From NCBI GenBank assembly GCA_051971635.1, contig JBFPLN010000003.1:192001-256000 (forward strand): DNA of 64,000 nt, given 5' to 3'. This DNA is from Candidatus Atelocyanobacterium thalassae. Lineage in GTDB: Bacteria; Cyanobacteriota; Cyanobacteriia; Cyanobacteriales; Microcystaceae. The notes beneath the pieces are model-generated. The model did no database searches and was not told the DNA's origin. It worked only from the letters and a program-made list of their open reading frames with translations. Every line of letters starts with the position of its first letter. Positions within the stretch are counted from its first letter, which is position 1. Shown one piece after another: positions 45,889 to 56,471 of this stretch. The position numbers and the translations under genes are program-made.

Positions 45889-46523
45889 ACTTAACCCGAG
45901 TCTAAGATTGAACTATAATGTAACATTCCTTTCTGTGATTGACAAACTTTTAGTTATACAGTTATGTCCTGTTGTATATTATTTTTCTCATGTCATAACT
46001 AATAAAACTATAACTAATAACATCAAGATCTATAATAAAAGAAGAACTTATATTAGAAATGAACTTTAAATATTAACTTGCTTACTCATATAACGTTAGT
46101 ATCTAGAATCCCAAAATTATGATATTGGTGGATATTATCCTTATTTATATAATTTAAAGTTAAATACTATAACTAAGAAAAAATTAATTTTTAATAATCA
46201 CTAAATATCTGTTCATATCTAAACACGAAAAAGAAAGTTTAAAAGTCACATTGATATTTATTGTATAACTATTCATTAATTAAATAAGAGAAGAACCATA
46301 TTTAGAAAATAAGTTGGCTAAATATATATAACTTTTAGTATTTGGGCTTTAAAATTCAAGTTATCTCTCCCTAACTCACGTTAATTAATTTAAATATTTT
46401 TTATATAAAAACTGTAAATTTTTTGATATATACTAAAGCGCTCTTAAATGATTTATGTTATCTTGTGGCCATAGTTAAATGCTTTATAAAAGCTAATTCT
46501 CAGAATACTTGGAAAATAATATT

Positions 46524-46940
46524 ATGGTTCAAACTAAAGAAAATAAGACGGATAATACTGTTGTCATTCCCTTTTCTGGAACCAACACAGAAAATTTACT
46601 AACAGAAAAACGTCCTTGGGGATCATTTACAACTTTAGAAGAAGGGCCAGGTTACAAGATTAAAAGAATAGAAGTTAATCCAGGTCATAGACTTAGCCTA
46701 CAGATGCACTATCATCGAAGTGAGCACTGGATAGTTGTTTCTGGTACAGCTAAGGTAACTTGCGGAGATAAAGAAAAAATTTTAGGGGCAAATGAATCAA
46801 CTTATGTTCCTCAATGTACTTCTCACCGGCTAGAAAATCCAGGAGTGATTAAATTAATTTTAATTGAAGTTCAAAATGGTGAGTATTTAGGAGAGGATGA
46901 TATTGTACGCTTCCAAGACGATTATTCGCGTCATAAATAA
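46524..46940 (+). CDS. Phosphomannose isomerase type II C-terminal cupin
   Basis: RPWGSF, RLSLQMHYHRSEHW, HRLENPG, EVQNGEYLGEDDIVRFQD. Confidence 0.9.
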   Translation: MVQTKENKTDNTVVIPFSGTNTENLLTEKRPWGSFTTLEEGPGYKIKRIEVNPGHRLSLQMHYHRSEHWIVVSGTAKVTCGDKEKILGANESTYVPQCTSHRLENPGVIKLILIEVQNGEYLGEDDIVRFQDDYSRHK

Positions 46941-47050
46941 CAAAATATAGAATTTATTTGAACTTGCTCTAACCTATTCTTTTCTCTCATAGTAAATTTA
47001 ATTTATACATATCTTAAAAAAATCCCTAGACTATATAAAATATTTTAAAT

Positions 47051-47078
47051 AAAAAAAAGAGGGATCCTTAGACCCCTG
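47051..47078 (-). terminator. Intrinsic terminator after psaC
   Basis: Minus strand AGGGGTC-TAAG-GATCCCT followed by CTTTTTTTT. Confidence 0.7.
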
Positions 47079-47142
47079 AGTAATATCGATTATAACAATA
47101 AGTTAAAATCGCTTCAATAATAGTGAATTAGACCACAATTAT

Positions 47143-47439
<297 letters not shown>

Positions 47440-47672
47440 TCAAGAGTTAGTTTACCGCAGTGATTGAATTTACTGATGTAAATCTTGATAGAACTTTAGA
47501 TTATTTAATAGTTGAGAAAAGAAAACAAGCAAAATATATATTTATTACCTAATTAACAATAAAAATTTTTATATGTGATAAATGTCATAGCATAAATCTA
47601 AGTCACGTATTTTTTCTGGATATTGATTAAGATATCTAAATTATTTTGTACCTATATGATAAGCAATTAGAT

Positions 47673-48059
47673 TTAGCTTGATTCATCTAATTGCTTATCA
47701 TATAGGTCAACTACTTCAACATCAACAGTACTGATTGTTCCATTACTATGGAACTTATCCTTTCTCATTTGAAAAGCTTCTCCACAATTAAAACAATAGC
47801 ATTCCATATTTTTGAAACCTGTTAACTTACTATTGCATGCAGGACAGTTATCATAAACTAAATTATATTTTAACCACAACTTAAATATTAATAAGGAAAT
47901 CACTGGAATTATTGTAATAATGCCTAATATAATTAAGAACCCATTGATTAACCAGCTTAAACCTGTTAAACCTAGCAAAAAAATTAGTAATAGCAAGTTT
48001 ATAAAACAGCTAGATTTAAAATTATTTAGCCATAATAACCTTGAAAAGTAACTATTCAT
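47673..48059 (-). CDS. Conserved cyanobacterial membrane protein with a Zn-ribbon-like CxxC..CxxC motif
   Basis: Two hydrophobic segments, CPAC..CFNCGE, C-terminal TVDVEVV. Confidence 0.7.
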   Translation of the reverse strand: MNSYFSRLLWLNNFKSSCFINLLLLIFLLGLTGLSWLINGFLIILGIITIIPVISLLIFKLWLKYNLVYDNCPACNSKLTGFKNMECYCFNCGEAFQMRKDKFHSNGTISTVDVEVVDLYDKQLDESS

Positions 48060-48299
48060 TATTAAGTATTTATATTTACTTATACTTTTTTTATTATTAC
48101 ATATATTGTAAATACTGAAGATAACACAAAATTTATGTTGTCAGTACAATAGCAGTTTTACTGTATTCATAACTTATAAAAGTATTTAATATTATTCATT
48201 TTCAATCAATAAAGTTCTACAATCTTACATATTATAAAATCACCAGTAAGAAATAAGATGTTTAACAATGATAATATACTTGACCGGAGTCAGGATAAA

Positions 48300-49295
48300 A
48301 TGAGAAAGCTATATTTCTTGGTACCAGGAACAGATGAGAACTTTTTCTGTGGTGGTCTTTTTGCAGAATTAAAAATTCTTAATTTAGCAAAACACATATG
48401 TCACTCAGAGCTAGTTACTTATAGACAAAGAGAAATAGATAAATTATTTCTGGATGATATCTTAAAACAAGACACCAAAAACATTATTTTTATAATTAGT
48501 TGGGGATTTGATATTCCTAAACTAATTAAAAGATTGAGAGGATGCAATGTAGTGTATCACGCCCACAGTAGTGGTTACAAATTTAATATTCCTTCATATA
48601 TTCCTATCATAACGGTTAGTCGTAATACAATGGGATACTGGGGACAAAATGCTCCTCACTCCCCAATATATTACTTACCGAATCAAATTTCAGATGAGTT
48701 TTGCAACTTAAATTTAACGAGGGATATTGACGTTTTAGTACAACAAAGAAAATCATCTCGGTACTTATTAGAACAATTAGTACCTCAATTACAAAGTAAA
48801 TGTAAAGTAGTTTTAATAACTACTTTTGTTGAAGATATTTCAAAACTCTTTAATCGCTCAAAAGTTTATCTTTATGATTCAGCAGAATATTGGACACAAC
48901 AAAGTGTGAGTGAAGGTTTTGGTCTACAACCCTTGGAAGCTATGGCTTGTGGTTGTCAAGTTTTTTCAAGTTTAAATGGAGGCCTCTCTGATTATTTAGA
49001 TCCAGAATTTAATTGCCAAAAAATTGCAGTTTATTCTACAGATTATGACATACAACGTATTCTTCAAGTTGTTAACAATCCAACTCCAAGTACAATAGAT
49101 AATTCATCTCAGTTACTTACAAGTTATAGAAGTAAAAAAATTATTGAACATTTGGAAATTATATTAAATCAGATTAATCTATTTTTTAACTATAAATTTA
49201 ATTCGCCAAGTGATATTGAAGATTTCTCAAAAGTAATCAAAATTAAAACTTTAACAAAAAAGATTTGGAACCAGTTAAGATATCTTAAAAGTTAA
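48300..49295 (+). CDS. GT4 family glycosyltransferase
   Basis: FCGGLFAE, EGFGLQPLEAMACGC; ATG 48300 has an SD-like GGAG/AGGA (the ORF extends to 48258). Confidence 0.85.
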   Translation: MRKLYFLVPGTDENFFCGGLFAELKILNLAKHICHSELVTYRQREIDKLFLDDILKQDTKNIIFIISWGFDIPKLIKRLRGCNVVYHAHSSGYKFNIPSYIPIITVSRNTMGYWGQNAPHSPIYYLPNQISDEFCNLNLTRDIDVLVQQRKSSRYLLEQLVPQLQSKCKVVLITTFVEDISKLFNRSKVYLYDSAEYWTQQSVSEGFGLQPLEAMACGCQVFSSLNGGLSDYLDPEFNCQKIAVYSTDYDIQRILQVVNNPTPSTIDNSSQLLTSYRSKKIIEHLEIILNQINLFFNYKFNSPSDIEDFSKVIKIKTLTKKIWNQLRYLKS

Positions 49296-49306
49296 ATATT
49301 TAAGCA

Positions 49307-51790
49307 CTATAGTAAAAGATTTAAAGTTTTCCATCCTTTTATAATGTTACCTTGCATAAGCGAGCTTACACCCTCTAGTAATTGAAATTCTTTCAGGTCA
49401 AGATTCTTTTCAAAGGCAATTTTCAGGGCCATTTCTGCTTTTTTAGGTTGCCAATCATAAAGATAGACAAAAGCTAAATAAGCATAGTGGTAGGGATTAC
49501 TTTGATCTAATTTAATTAAATGTTTTAGAGACTTTATTGTCTTTTCAGAGTTCTCTTGTAAAGCTTGAGATAATACCAGTCCATAATTCCAATCTAAAGA
49601 ATTGTCCTCAATATTTTTCTCTAAGCGATATTGCAATGAAATTTCCGTTTGTTTTAGATAATCTTGAATAGGATCATATTGATTAAGACGGCCAACTTTG
49701 CTAAAAATCGTATCTAAGCCAGAGATTCCTTCGGCTAAGTTAACAGAAGCTCTTCTCAACTGAGTACTTAGATCTAATTCAGGTGACGAAATAGAATTAG
49801 ATCTATTATTAATAGTTAAAGTGATATCAGGAGTATTAATCGGATAACTTTCATGAGTAACACGATTATAGTAAATTCCTTTAAGAATATATTCTCCATC
49901 TTTTACAGATCGGATAGGAAGCATCGCTGTATTTTCTATAATCTTAAATCCGCTATTTTTTTGATTACTATCCCATAACATTCCCTGCCCAATACCATGA
50001 TCATGAATCCAAGCTATCTTATCACTATCTAAATTTTTGTTATGCCAAGATAATAAAACCAATCCCTGTTGTAAATCTTTCCAATTGCCTAACCACTCAT
50101 ATTTAATTGGTATAGGATATTCTGAAGAAACTATGCTAGGAATATCTACTCTGTTCAAAATAACTTTATCAGCAGAATAGTTGTTAAGTTTACTTATTTT
50201 GATAGATTCCTCTCGACGATGATACAACTTCACTAAGGATTCATCAGGCATATTCCAAGTTTTTATAATTTGGAATTGAGGATCAACATCTAATTGATTA
50301 GCAAAGCCTAATTGATGATCTCTAGTAAATCCGTTATCACCTGTTTTAGTAATAAACCATTCAAAAGATTTTTTATCTTGTTCAAGATATTTAATCTTAT
50401 TTCCTAACTCTCGTCCATAAACTTGAGAACCTAATAATTGTCCATAATAATTAATATTATTATGATTAATGGTATCAGTATTAGTGATAACACCTAAATT
50501 GACAATTTTATGTGGTGTAGTTTCTCTAGCAGTCTTTACAATACTATTAATAGGTATTGTTTCTCCTAAATAAGGGCGAAATACTTCTGTGGAGTTTACA
50601 GATGATAATTTTTGAGTACCAGGAATAGGAAATAAGTTTATAGTCATGGAAAAAATTGCTAAAACTAAGGTAGACCACTTAACAATTTTCCATTTATTTT
50701 CCCATAAATTCAGACAATATCCTAATAATATTGCCAAAATTGGTAAGTAAGGCATTATGTACCTACTATCTTTATTGAAAATAGCAGAACAAATTAAATA
50801 TGAGCCTATTAAATAAATTCCTAACCATTTAAGTGATTCTATATCTTTCTTACTTTCTATATTGTGTTTAGGCTTTAAGAAACGTTTTAATAAATATAAC
50901 AGCAGTCCTACTAAAGGAATTAAGAGTGGAATGAACCCTGTTGCTGAAGGTAAATCATTCCAATAAAAAGTCCAGGCACTCAAAGTATTTAGTGGTGGAT
51001 CACCTTCATAAGTTGCAGGAATATCATTAGAATTACGAATAGTACTAAATAAATAAATCCAATTCGTACTATACCAGGGTAGCCATAATAAACTGGAAAT
51101 CAAAAAGCTAAAAACTAACTGTAGTATCCTTTCCCATTCTTGCTTCCATAGATAGCTAACAACTAAGTAAATTAGAGGTACTATCAAAAAAAACATAGTA
51201 CTTTGCTTGGTTAATAAAGCAAGCCCTAAAAATATACCAAAGATAAATGACCATAACCATCTTTTTGATTTAACTTTTTCATACTTCCATAGAGTTAAGC
51301 AACAGAAAGAAGCTATTGTAAAAGTTACTAAAGGTGTATCTATTAGAAATTGTAAACGGTTTTCATATAAACGTGGAAAGATAACTGACAAGCCTGCACT
51401 CCATAGGCCAACCTGAGAGTTAAATAATATTTTACCAATGCTATATATCGATACTATCAATATAAAACTATATAGAAAATTTGATAAAAGAGCTTGGTCG
51501 TTTCCTAGACCAAACATCTTTTGAAAGAAAGCACCAACAATATATGTCAGGGGAGGATATTTTGTTGATATTTTCCAAAAATTGTGCCACCATTCAAAAT
51601 TTAGAAGTTCTAAAGAATTTAAACTATGAAAATATTGTAAAGACTTAGTTAAGTGATTGCTTTGATCCCAAGCAGGTATGGAGTTATCTAAAATTAGCCA
51701 TAAGCGATCAAAAATATTACTTCCTAACCATGTTAATCCTAAAAATATCCAAATTCTAATTTTATTTAAAGAAGGTTCTTCTCTAGACAT
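49307..51790 (-). CDS. GT-C (PMT-2/ArnT-like) membrane glycosyltransferase with a C-terminal TPR-like region
   Basis: PAWDQSNHL, KYPPL, NKDSRY.MPYLP; multi-TM N-terminal half. Confidence 0.82.
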   Translation of the reverse strand: MSREEPSLNKIRIWIFLGLTWLGSNIFDRLWLILDNSIPAWDQSNHLTKSLQYFHSLNSLELLNFEWWHNFWKISTKYPPLTYIVGAFFQKMFGLGNDQALLSNFLYSFILIVSIYSIGKILFNSQVGLWSAGLSVIFPRLYENRLQFLIDTPLVTFTIASFCCLTLWKYEKVKSKRWLWSFIFGIFLGLALLTKQSTMFFLIVPLIYLVVSYLWKQEWERILQLVFSFLISSLLWLPWYSTNWIYLFSTIRNSNDIPATYEGDPPLNTLSAWTFYWNDLPSATGFIPLLIPLVGLLLYLLKRFLKPKHNIESKKDIESLKWLGIYLIGSYLICSAIFNKDSRYIMPYLPILAILLGYCLNLWENKWKIVKWSTLVLAIFSMTINLFPIPGTQKLSSVNSTEVFRPYLGETIPINSIVKTARETTPHKIVNLGVITNTDTINHNNINYYGQLLGSQVYGRELGNKIKYLEQDKKSFEWFITKTGDNGFTRDHQLGFANQLDVDPQFQIIKTWNMPDESLVKLYHRREESIKISKLNNYSADKVILNRVDIPSIVSSEYPIPIKYEWLGNWKDLQQGLVLLSWHNKNLDSDKIAWIHDHGIGQGMLWDSNQKNSGFKIIENTAMLPIRSVKDGEYILKGIYYNRVTHESYPINTPDITLTINNRSNSISSPELDLSTQLRRASVNLAEGISGLDTIFSKVGRLNQYDPIQDYLKQTEISLQYRLEKNIEDNSLDWNYGLVLSQALQENSEKTIKSLKHLIKLDQSNPYHYAYLAFVYLYDWQPKKAEMALKIAFEKNLDLKEFQLLEGVSSLMQGNIIKGWKTLNLLL

Positions 51791-52336
51791 AGAGTATAAA
51801 TTCGTTTTTTTTTTTTGATAAAATAGTAAAGTAATTATAGATCAAAGTTTTATTTTTTGTAAAAATTTGCAAATCGTCTCTATATAGATCCTAGGCATTT
51901 AATTTACATCAATAAAAAGTTTTGTTTTCCACACGATAATATTAATTTTTTTAGATATAAACATTCTATTAAAGTTAGAATAATATGTTTAATTAAATAA
52001 GATTAAAATTTAAATGATTTAAATTTTAATTGGAAAATATTTTATATACGAATCATATCCTATGATAATTTCTAATGAAGTAGGTAAATAATAATAAATA
52101 CTTTGTTTCTTGTAGTTTATTAAGATATATTTTTCGAGGCTATTATATGTTTAGTATAACTATTCTTTAGTTAACTTTATCTAGATTGACATAGAATTTA
52201 TTTTCTTAAAACTTTTAAGGTAGTTAATTCTGTAACTATTTTGTTTGATTTTCTTTAATTTATAGTAATATTTTTAAAGACTAATTACTTTGGTCGCAAC
52301 AATAACTAGTTAATTGATAAAAAATATTTTAAATTT

Positions 52337-53260
52337 TTAATTACTTCGATGGTTATTGTCAAAATGGATTCTTGTTCCTGCCCATTGTAATTTATCTCGG
52401 AGAGTTTGATAAAAAGAGTAATTCTCTCTTAGGACAATAAATTTTGCCATAAAATTTGCCATCCTAACTGAAATCCATTGTCCTGGCCAAATTGAAGTAG
52501 CTAAAGAAGCATCAGTCCACAGTTTAGTATGTAATTCATAATCCTCTAAAGGCCATATATCTACTACTGAACCAGGAGGAATTATAATAGGACGACTTGA
52601 TAAACTCAAAGGACAAATAGGAGTAACTGCAATAGCATCAATTCCAGGATGAATAATTGGTCCATTGGCTGAAGCTGTATAACATGTAGATCCTGTTGGA
52701 GTAGCTACTAACAAACCATCACCTTGATATTGATCTACAATCTCTCCATCCACTTCTAGCTCTAGAATAGCGGTAGGCATTCTATCTATACTTGCAGGCT
52801 TAACGCACATTTCATTAAGACAATAAAAACGTTCATTGCTAATTTTGGGAGCATATCGATCACCTTCGAAAATTCGAGCTTCTAACATCATGCGTTGTAA
52901 CATTGCATAGCGGTCACTTTGGAGGCGATGCCATACTTGTTCTGTATTTTTGAATAATTCGAAAGGTTCGGTTAAAAATCCCAAGTTTCCACCTATGTTT
53001 ATTGCTAATATAGGAATGCCTTCTGGTGCTAATTGTCTTGCTGCTGCTAAAACAGTACCATCTCCACCCAATATGATAGCAAGATCGATTTTTTCTGAAA
53101 CAGAGGAGAGAAATACCGGATAAGGATTATCTTTATAACCACTTGGGCCCATTAAAACTTTGCACTTAAGGGCTTCTAATTGCTTGGCGCAGGTTTGGGC
53201 CCAACTTTTGCTATGAGTATCTTCTGCCTTATGAGCAATAATAACCTGTTTGAGTTCCAC
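52337..53260 (-). CDS. nadK: NAD(+) kinase
   Basis: LGGDGT, GNLGFL, LNE, GDGLLVATPTGSTCY. Confidence 0.95.
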   Translation of the reverse strand: MELKQVIIAHKAEDTHSKSWAQTCAKQLEALKCKVLMGPSGYKDNPYPVFLSSVSEKIDLAIILGGDGTVLAAARQLAPEGIPILAINIGGNLGFLTEPFELFKNTEQVWHRLQSDRYAMLQRMMLEARIFEGDRYAPKISNERFYCLNEMCVKPASIDRMPTAILELEVDGEIVDQYQGDGLLVATPTGSTCYTASANGPIIHPGIDAIAVTPICPLSLSSRPIIIPPGSVVDIWPLEDYELHTKLWTDASLATSIWPGQWISVRMANFMAKFIVLRENYSFYQTLRDKLQWAGTRIHFDNNHRSN

Positions 53261-53809
53261 TTTTATACACTTAGTAATGACCTTACTTAAATAATCAAGT
53301 TTAACTTCAATATTAAAGTAGAATTGTAAAAAAAATCATAACAATTTACTTAAAACTAAAAAAAAGACTTTTCAAAATTTAATTAGAAAATTAAAAGTTC
53401 AAAATACTTATATATTTACATCTTAGTAAGTGTCTTACCTATAAGACACTTCTCCCATTATCTCTTATGGTAATTAGTTACTATAGATAATAATTATTAT
53501 CCATAAGTGGTTATACCTACATCTAGACATAATATATATTAGGAATGCATAACATTTAAATATATATTTCTATATGCCAATTTTTGTCATCAAGCAAGAA
53601 TATTTTTTTAATGATTTTTTTTATTTATATTGAAGTCTAAAATAGCTATATAGTTTTGCTGACATTTCTTAGGAATAAAGTAAATTCCTTTATGTAGTTT
53701 TGATATAGTAGAAATATAGAAAATAAAATATTAATTTAAAATAAACATTTAATTAATAATAGTGTAATTGTAATACTGATAAGAAATTATTTGAATCAGT
53801 TTGAAGAAC

Positions 53810-53847
53810 CGATAAGGTATTGATATTCAGCAATCAATACCTCATCG
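53810..53847 (-). terminator. 3' hairpin after psaD
   Basis: CGATAAGGTATTGAT / ATCAATACCTCATCG, 15 bp with one mismatch. Confidence 0.7.
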
Positions 53848-53856
53848 CTAAATTAC

Positions 53857-54285
53857 TTAGACTTCATAAGAAGCTTTACCTGAAAACTTCAAAGTGACAG
53901 GTTCAGGATTAGTTCCAATTTTTCTATCTACTTTACCAGCGTAAGAACGTCCTTCTTTTGCTACTTCAGAAGCGACTCCGTCAATAGGATAAAGAAGCTG
54001 AGCATCACCATTAGGATAGACGCGATAAATTTTATAACTTTCAATAATAGGCTCAAATTTTGTCTGTAGCTGTTTTCCTAATGCTAAGCATTGTTCCTTA
54101 GTAGCAAGATGCAAAAGATTTGCTCCTACATTCATAATTGCTGCTCCACCAGTAGGCATTTCAAAAACTTGTTCTGTTCCACTACTCCAGGTAATAGCAT
54201 ATCTTTCTTCAAGGTAAGCACTAGAGAGTAAACCACCTGTACTGCCACCGAAGATAGGAAGTTTTCCTTTGAGCTTTTCTGCCAT
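53857..54285 (-). CDS. psaD: Photosystem I subunit II (PsaD), divergent
   Basis: [36 protein letters not shown]. Confidence 0.95.
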   Translation of the reverse strand: MAEKLKGKLPIFGGSTGGLLSSAYLEERYAITWSSGTEQVFEMPTGGAAIMNVGANLLHLATKEQCLALGKQLQTKFEPIIESYKIYRVYPNGDAQLLYPIDGVASEVAKEGRSYAGKVDRKIGTNPEPVTLKFSGKASYEV

Positions 54286-54650
54286 GGTACTTTATTCCTC
54301 TTAAAAAAGTGTTTTAGGGAATCCTATCATTGAGTTATCCCTTATTATTGAAATTAGTAAAAAACTGTAATAAATATTTGTTAATTTTTGTATAAAATGA
54401 ATTTCTATATTTTAGACTTGTGACAAAATTATTATATTTTCAACTAGATAATATATAGTTTTAGGATGTGAAGCATTAGATTATTCCTAGTACTATAAAT
54501 AAATTATTTTAATAGAGTTTTTACTAAATAAACTGGCAGTAATACTAATTTCAGCAAATTTCAAAAAATTGAATGTTTTAGCTTGAAAGATAATTGAAAA
54601 CATGAAACAGACAAAATGAACATCTTAGAGATTAATTTTGTAACTAATAA

Positions 54651-54686
54651 AGAATTAGAGTGCAAATTAAATCAAACTCTAATTCT
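54651..54686 (-). terminator. 3' hairpin after rplY
   Basis: AGAATTAGAGT / ACTCTAATTCT inverted repeat. Confidence 0.6.
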
Positions 54687-54698
54687 CTATTAAGATAA

Positions 54699-55001
54699 TT
54701 ATCCATTTGGAAGAATATGACAGAAACTAAGATGCACAAGACTTCTTTTCCAGGGATGAGCTTGTATTTCTTTAATTACAGCTTTACCTTTCCAGGAAAG
54801 GTCAGGAATATCTACATCAATTATCGTTTCATTGATTTTTACATTTCTAAGCATTAATGCAGCTTCTTTCTTGTCAACAACTAATTGCATTGATTCAGTT
54901 CCATTATGTCCATATAAAGTTGTAGGAAGTAGTCCTTCGCGACGGAGAGCGTTAGGCTTAACACTTAGAGGTCTTTTTTGGCATTGAATTGATAGGGGCA
55001 T
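54699..55001 (-). CDS. rplY: 50S ribosomal protein L25 (short, single domain)
   Basis: KPNALRREG..P..LYG, EIQAHPWK..HLSF; ATG 55001 chosen as start. Confidence 0.92.
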   Translation of the reverse strand: MPLSIQCQKRPLSVKPNALRREGLLPTTLYGHNGTESMQLVVDKKEAALMLRNVKINETIIDVDIPDLSWKGKAVIKEIQAHPWKRSLVHLSFCHILPNG

Positions 55002-55529
55002 AACATTTAACTCACTAATATAGTTGACTTGATTTTTATAAACCACGATAAATTCTATCGTTAATAATAAGAATCTTAAAGTAAATCTTCTAAAATTCTT
55101 TAACCTTCTTTGCTTTTTACAATCTAAGCAAAATCATGTAGATAAAACTAGTACAATTTAGCTAGATACCATTAGTACGAATATAATGATACTTAACTTA
55201 ATAATATCTAAACAGATTAGTTGGTCAATTTTAATTAATCAATAATTAGAATCTATCACAATATTTACAGTGATACTAATATTTATAGACATCTTATACT
55301 TTAGCTTTGTAATTTACCTAATAATTTTTCACTTTCTCTCATAAGTTGCTGAAAAAACAAGTCTTAGCATATATTTATAATGTTAAAGGAAATTTTTGAA
55401 ATTAATATTCAGTTTCAACATGAGTAATATTAATTACAAATCAATATTACTCAGAATAGAACATATAGTTTGCAAAATTTATAATTAATACTATTTTGTT
55501 AGAACAATTTAGTTAAATAATTTCTTTTT

Positions 55530-56267
55530 TTATGAGATTTTATTCAAACACAAATCATAATGATACGGACACTTATCTTCACAGCTTTTATGATGAACAA
55601 AACTATCTTCATCTTGATTGATATCATATAAGTTGTAATTAAGATAACTTAACAATTTTTCCAAATCTAAATTGGTTTGGTTGTGCTGAATTTGATTATA
55701 TTGAAAATTTAAATATTGAGGTTTATGTTTATCTTTTATAAACCAGTATGTCATTGATATATTTTCTGGTAAATAAGTAGATGTTTCTGCTAATAAATAT
55801 AAATAGAGCCTAGTTTGCCAATCATTTTCTAATTGTTTTTTGTCTTTAGGTTTTAAATAAGTTTTCCAATCTAAGATTTGTACTTGATTATTCCTTACAA
55901 TTAATAAATCATATATAGCTGTCAATAAATAATTGTCCTTTTTGAAAGCTATATAATGTTCCGCTTCCGTCCAAAATTCAGAGCTTAGAGTGTGTTTATC
56001 AATAATAGATCTGAATAAAATTTTTACCATTTCATTTAAATTTGAGTATTGAACTAATGCAGAATCAATTGACAATCCCAAAAAATGTTGCTGCATTAAT
56101 TGATGAAATTGATTTCCCCAATGTAAACTTTTTTGTGATTCTAAACTCATAGGAGAACTTAAATGATCTATATAAATTTTTTTGAACTGAGGAGGACAAG
56201 TTTCTAATAAATTTAATTGAGATTGGGATAAACGTATTAGTGAGTTATCGCATTTAGGATAGTGCAT
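55530..56267 (-). CDS. PD-(D/E)XK nuclease family protein (AddB/RecB-like, stand-alone)
   Basis: RLSQSQL..CP, G..FH, YDLL, ILDWKT, WQTRLY. Confidence 0.82.
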   Translation of the reverse strand: MHYPKCDNSLIRLSQSQLNLLETCPPQFKKIYIDHLSSPMSLESQKSLHWGNQFHQLMQQHFLGLSIDSALVQYSNLNEMVKILFRSIIDKHTLSSEFWTEAEHYIAFKKDNYLLTAIYDLLIVRNNQVQILDWKTYLKPKDKKQLENDWQTRLYLYLLAETSTYLPENISMTYWFIKDKHKPQYLNFQYNQIQHNQTNLDLEKLLSYLNYNLYDINQDEDSFVHHKSCEDKCPYHYDLCLNKIS

Positions 56268-56471
56268 TGTCTAAATTACGGACTTTATGTGTGAAATTTA
56301 AAAATTAATGACTAAAACATTAATTTCTATGATATTTCTATAAAATGCTAACAAGAAATAAGGAACTACATCTTAATATAATATGTCTCTTTCTAAGATT
56401 AGAGGACTTAATAGTGCAATATAAAGTCCTCTATATTGCTAGTCTTTAGACATAAATTTATAGCTTAGATC

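Noticed and set aside
55530..56267. Possible Cas4/CRISPR adaptation or defence locus
   Set aside because: Stand-alone PD-(D/E)XK protein; no cas genes or repeat-spacer array anywhere in the window
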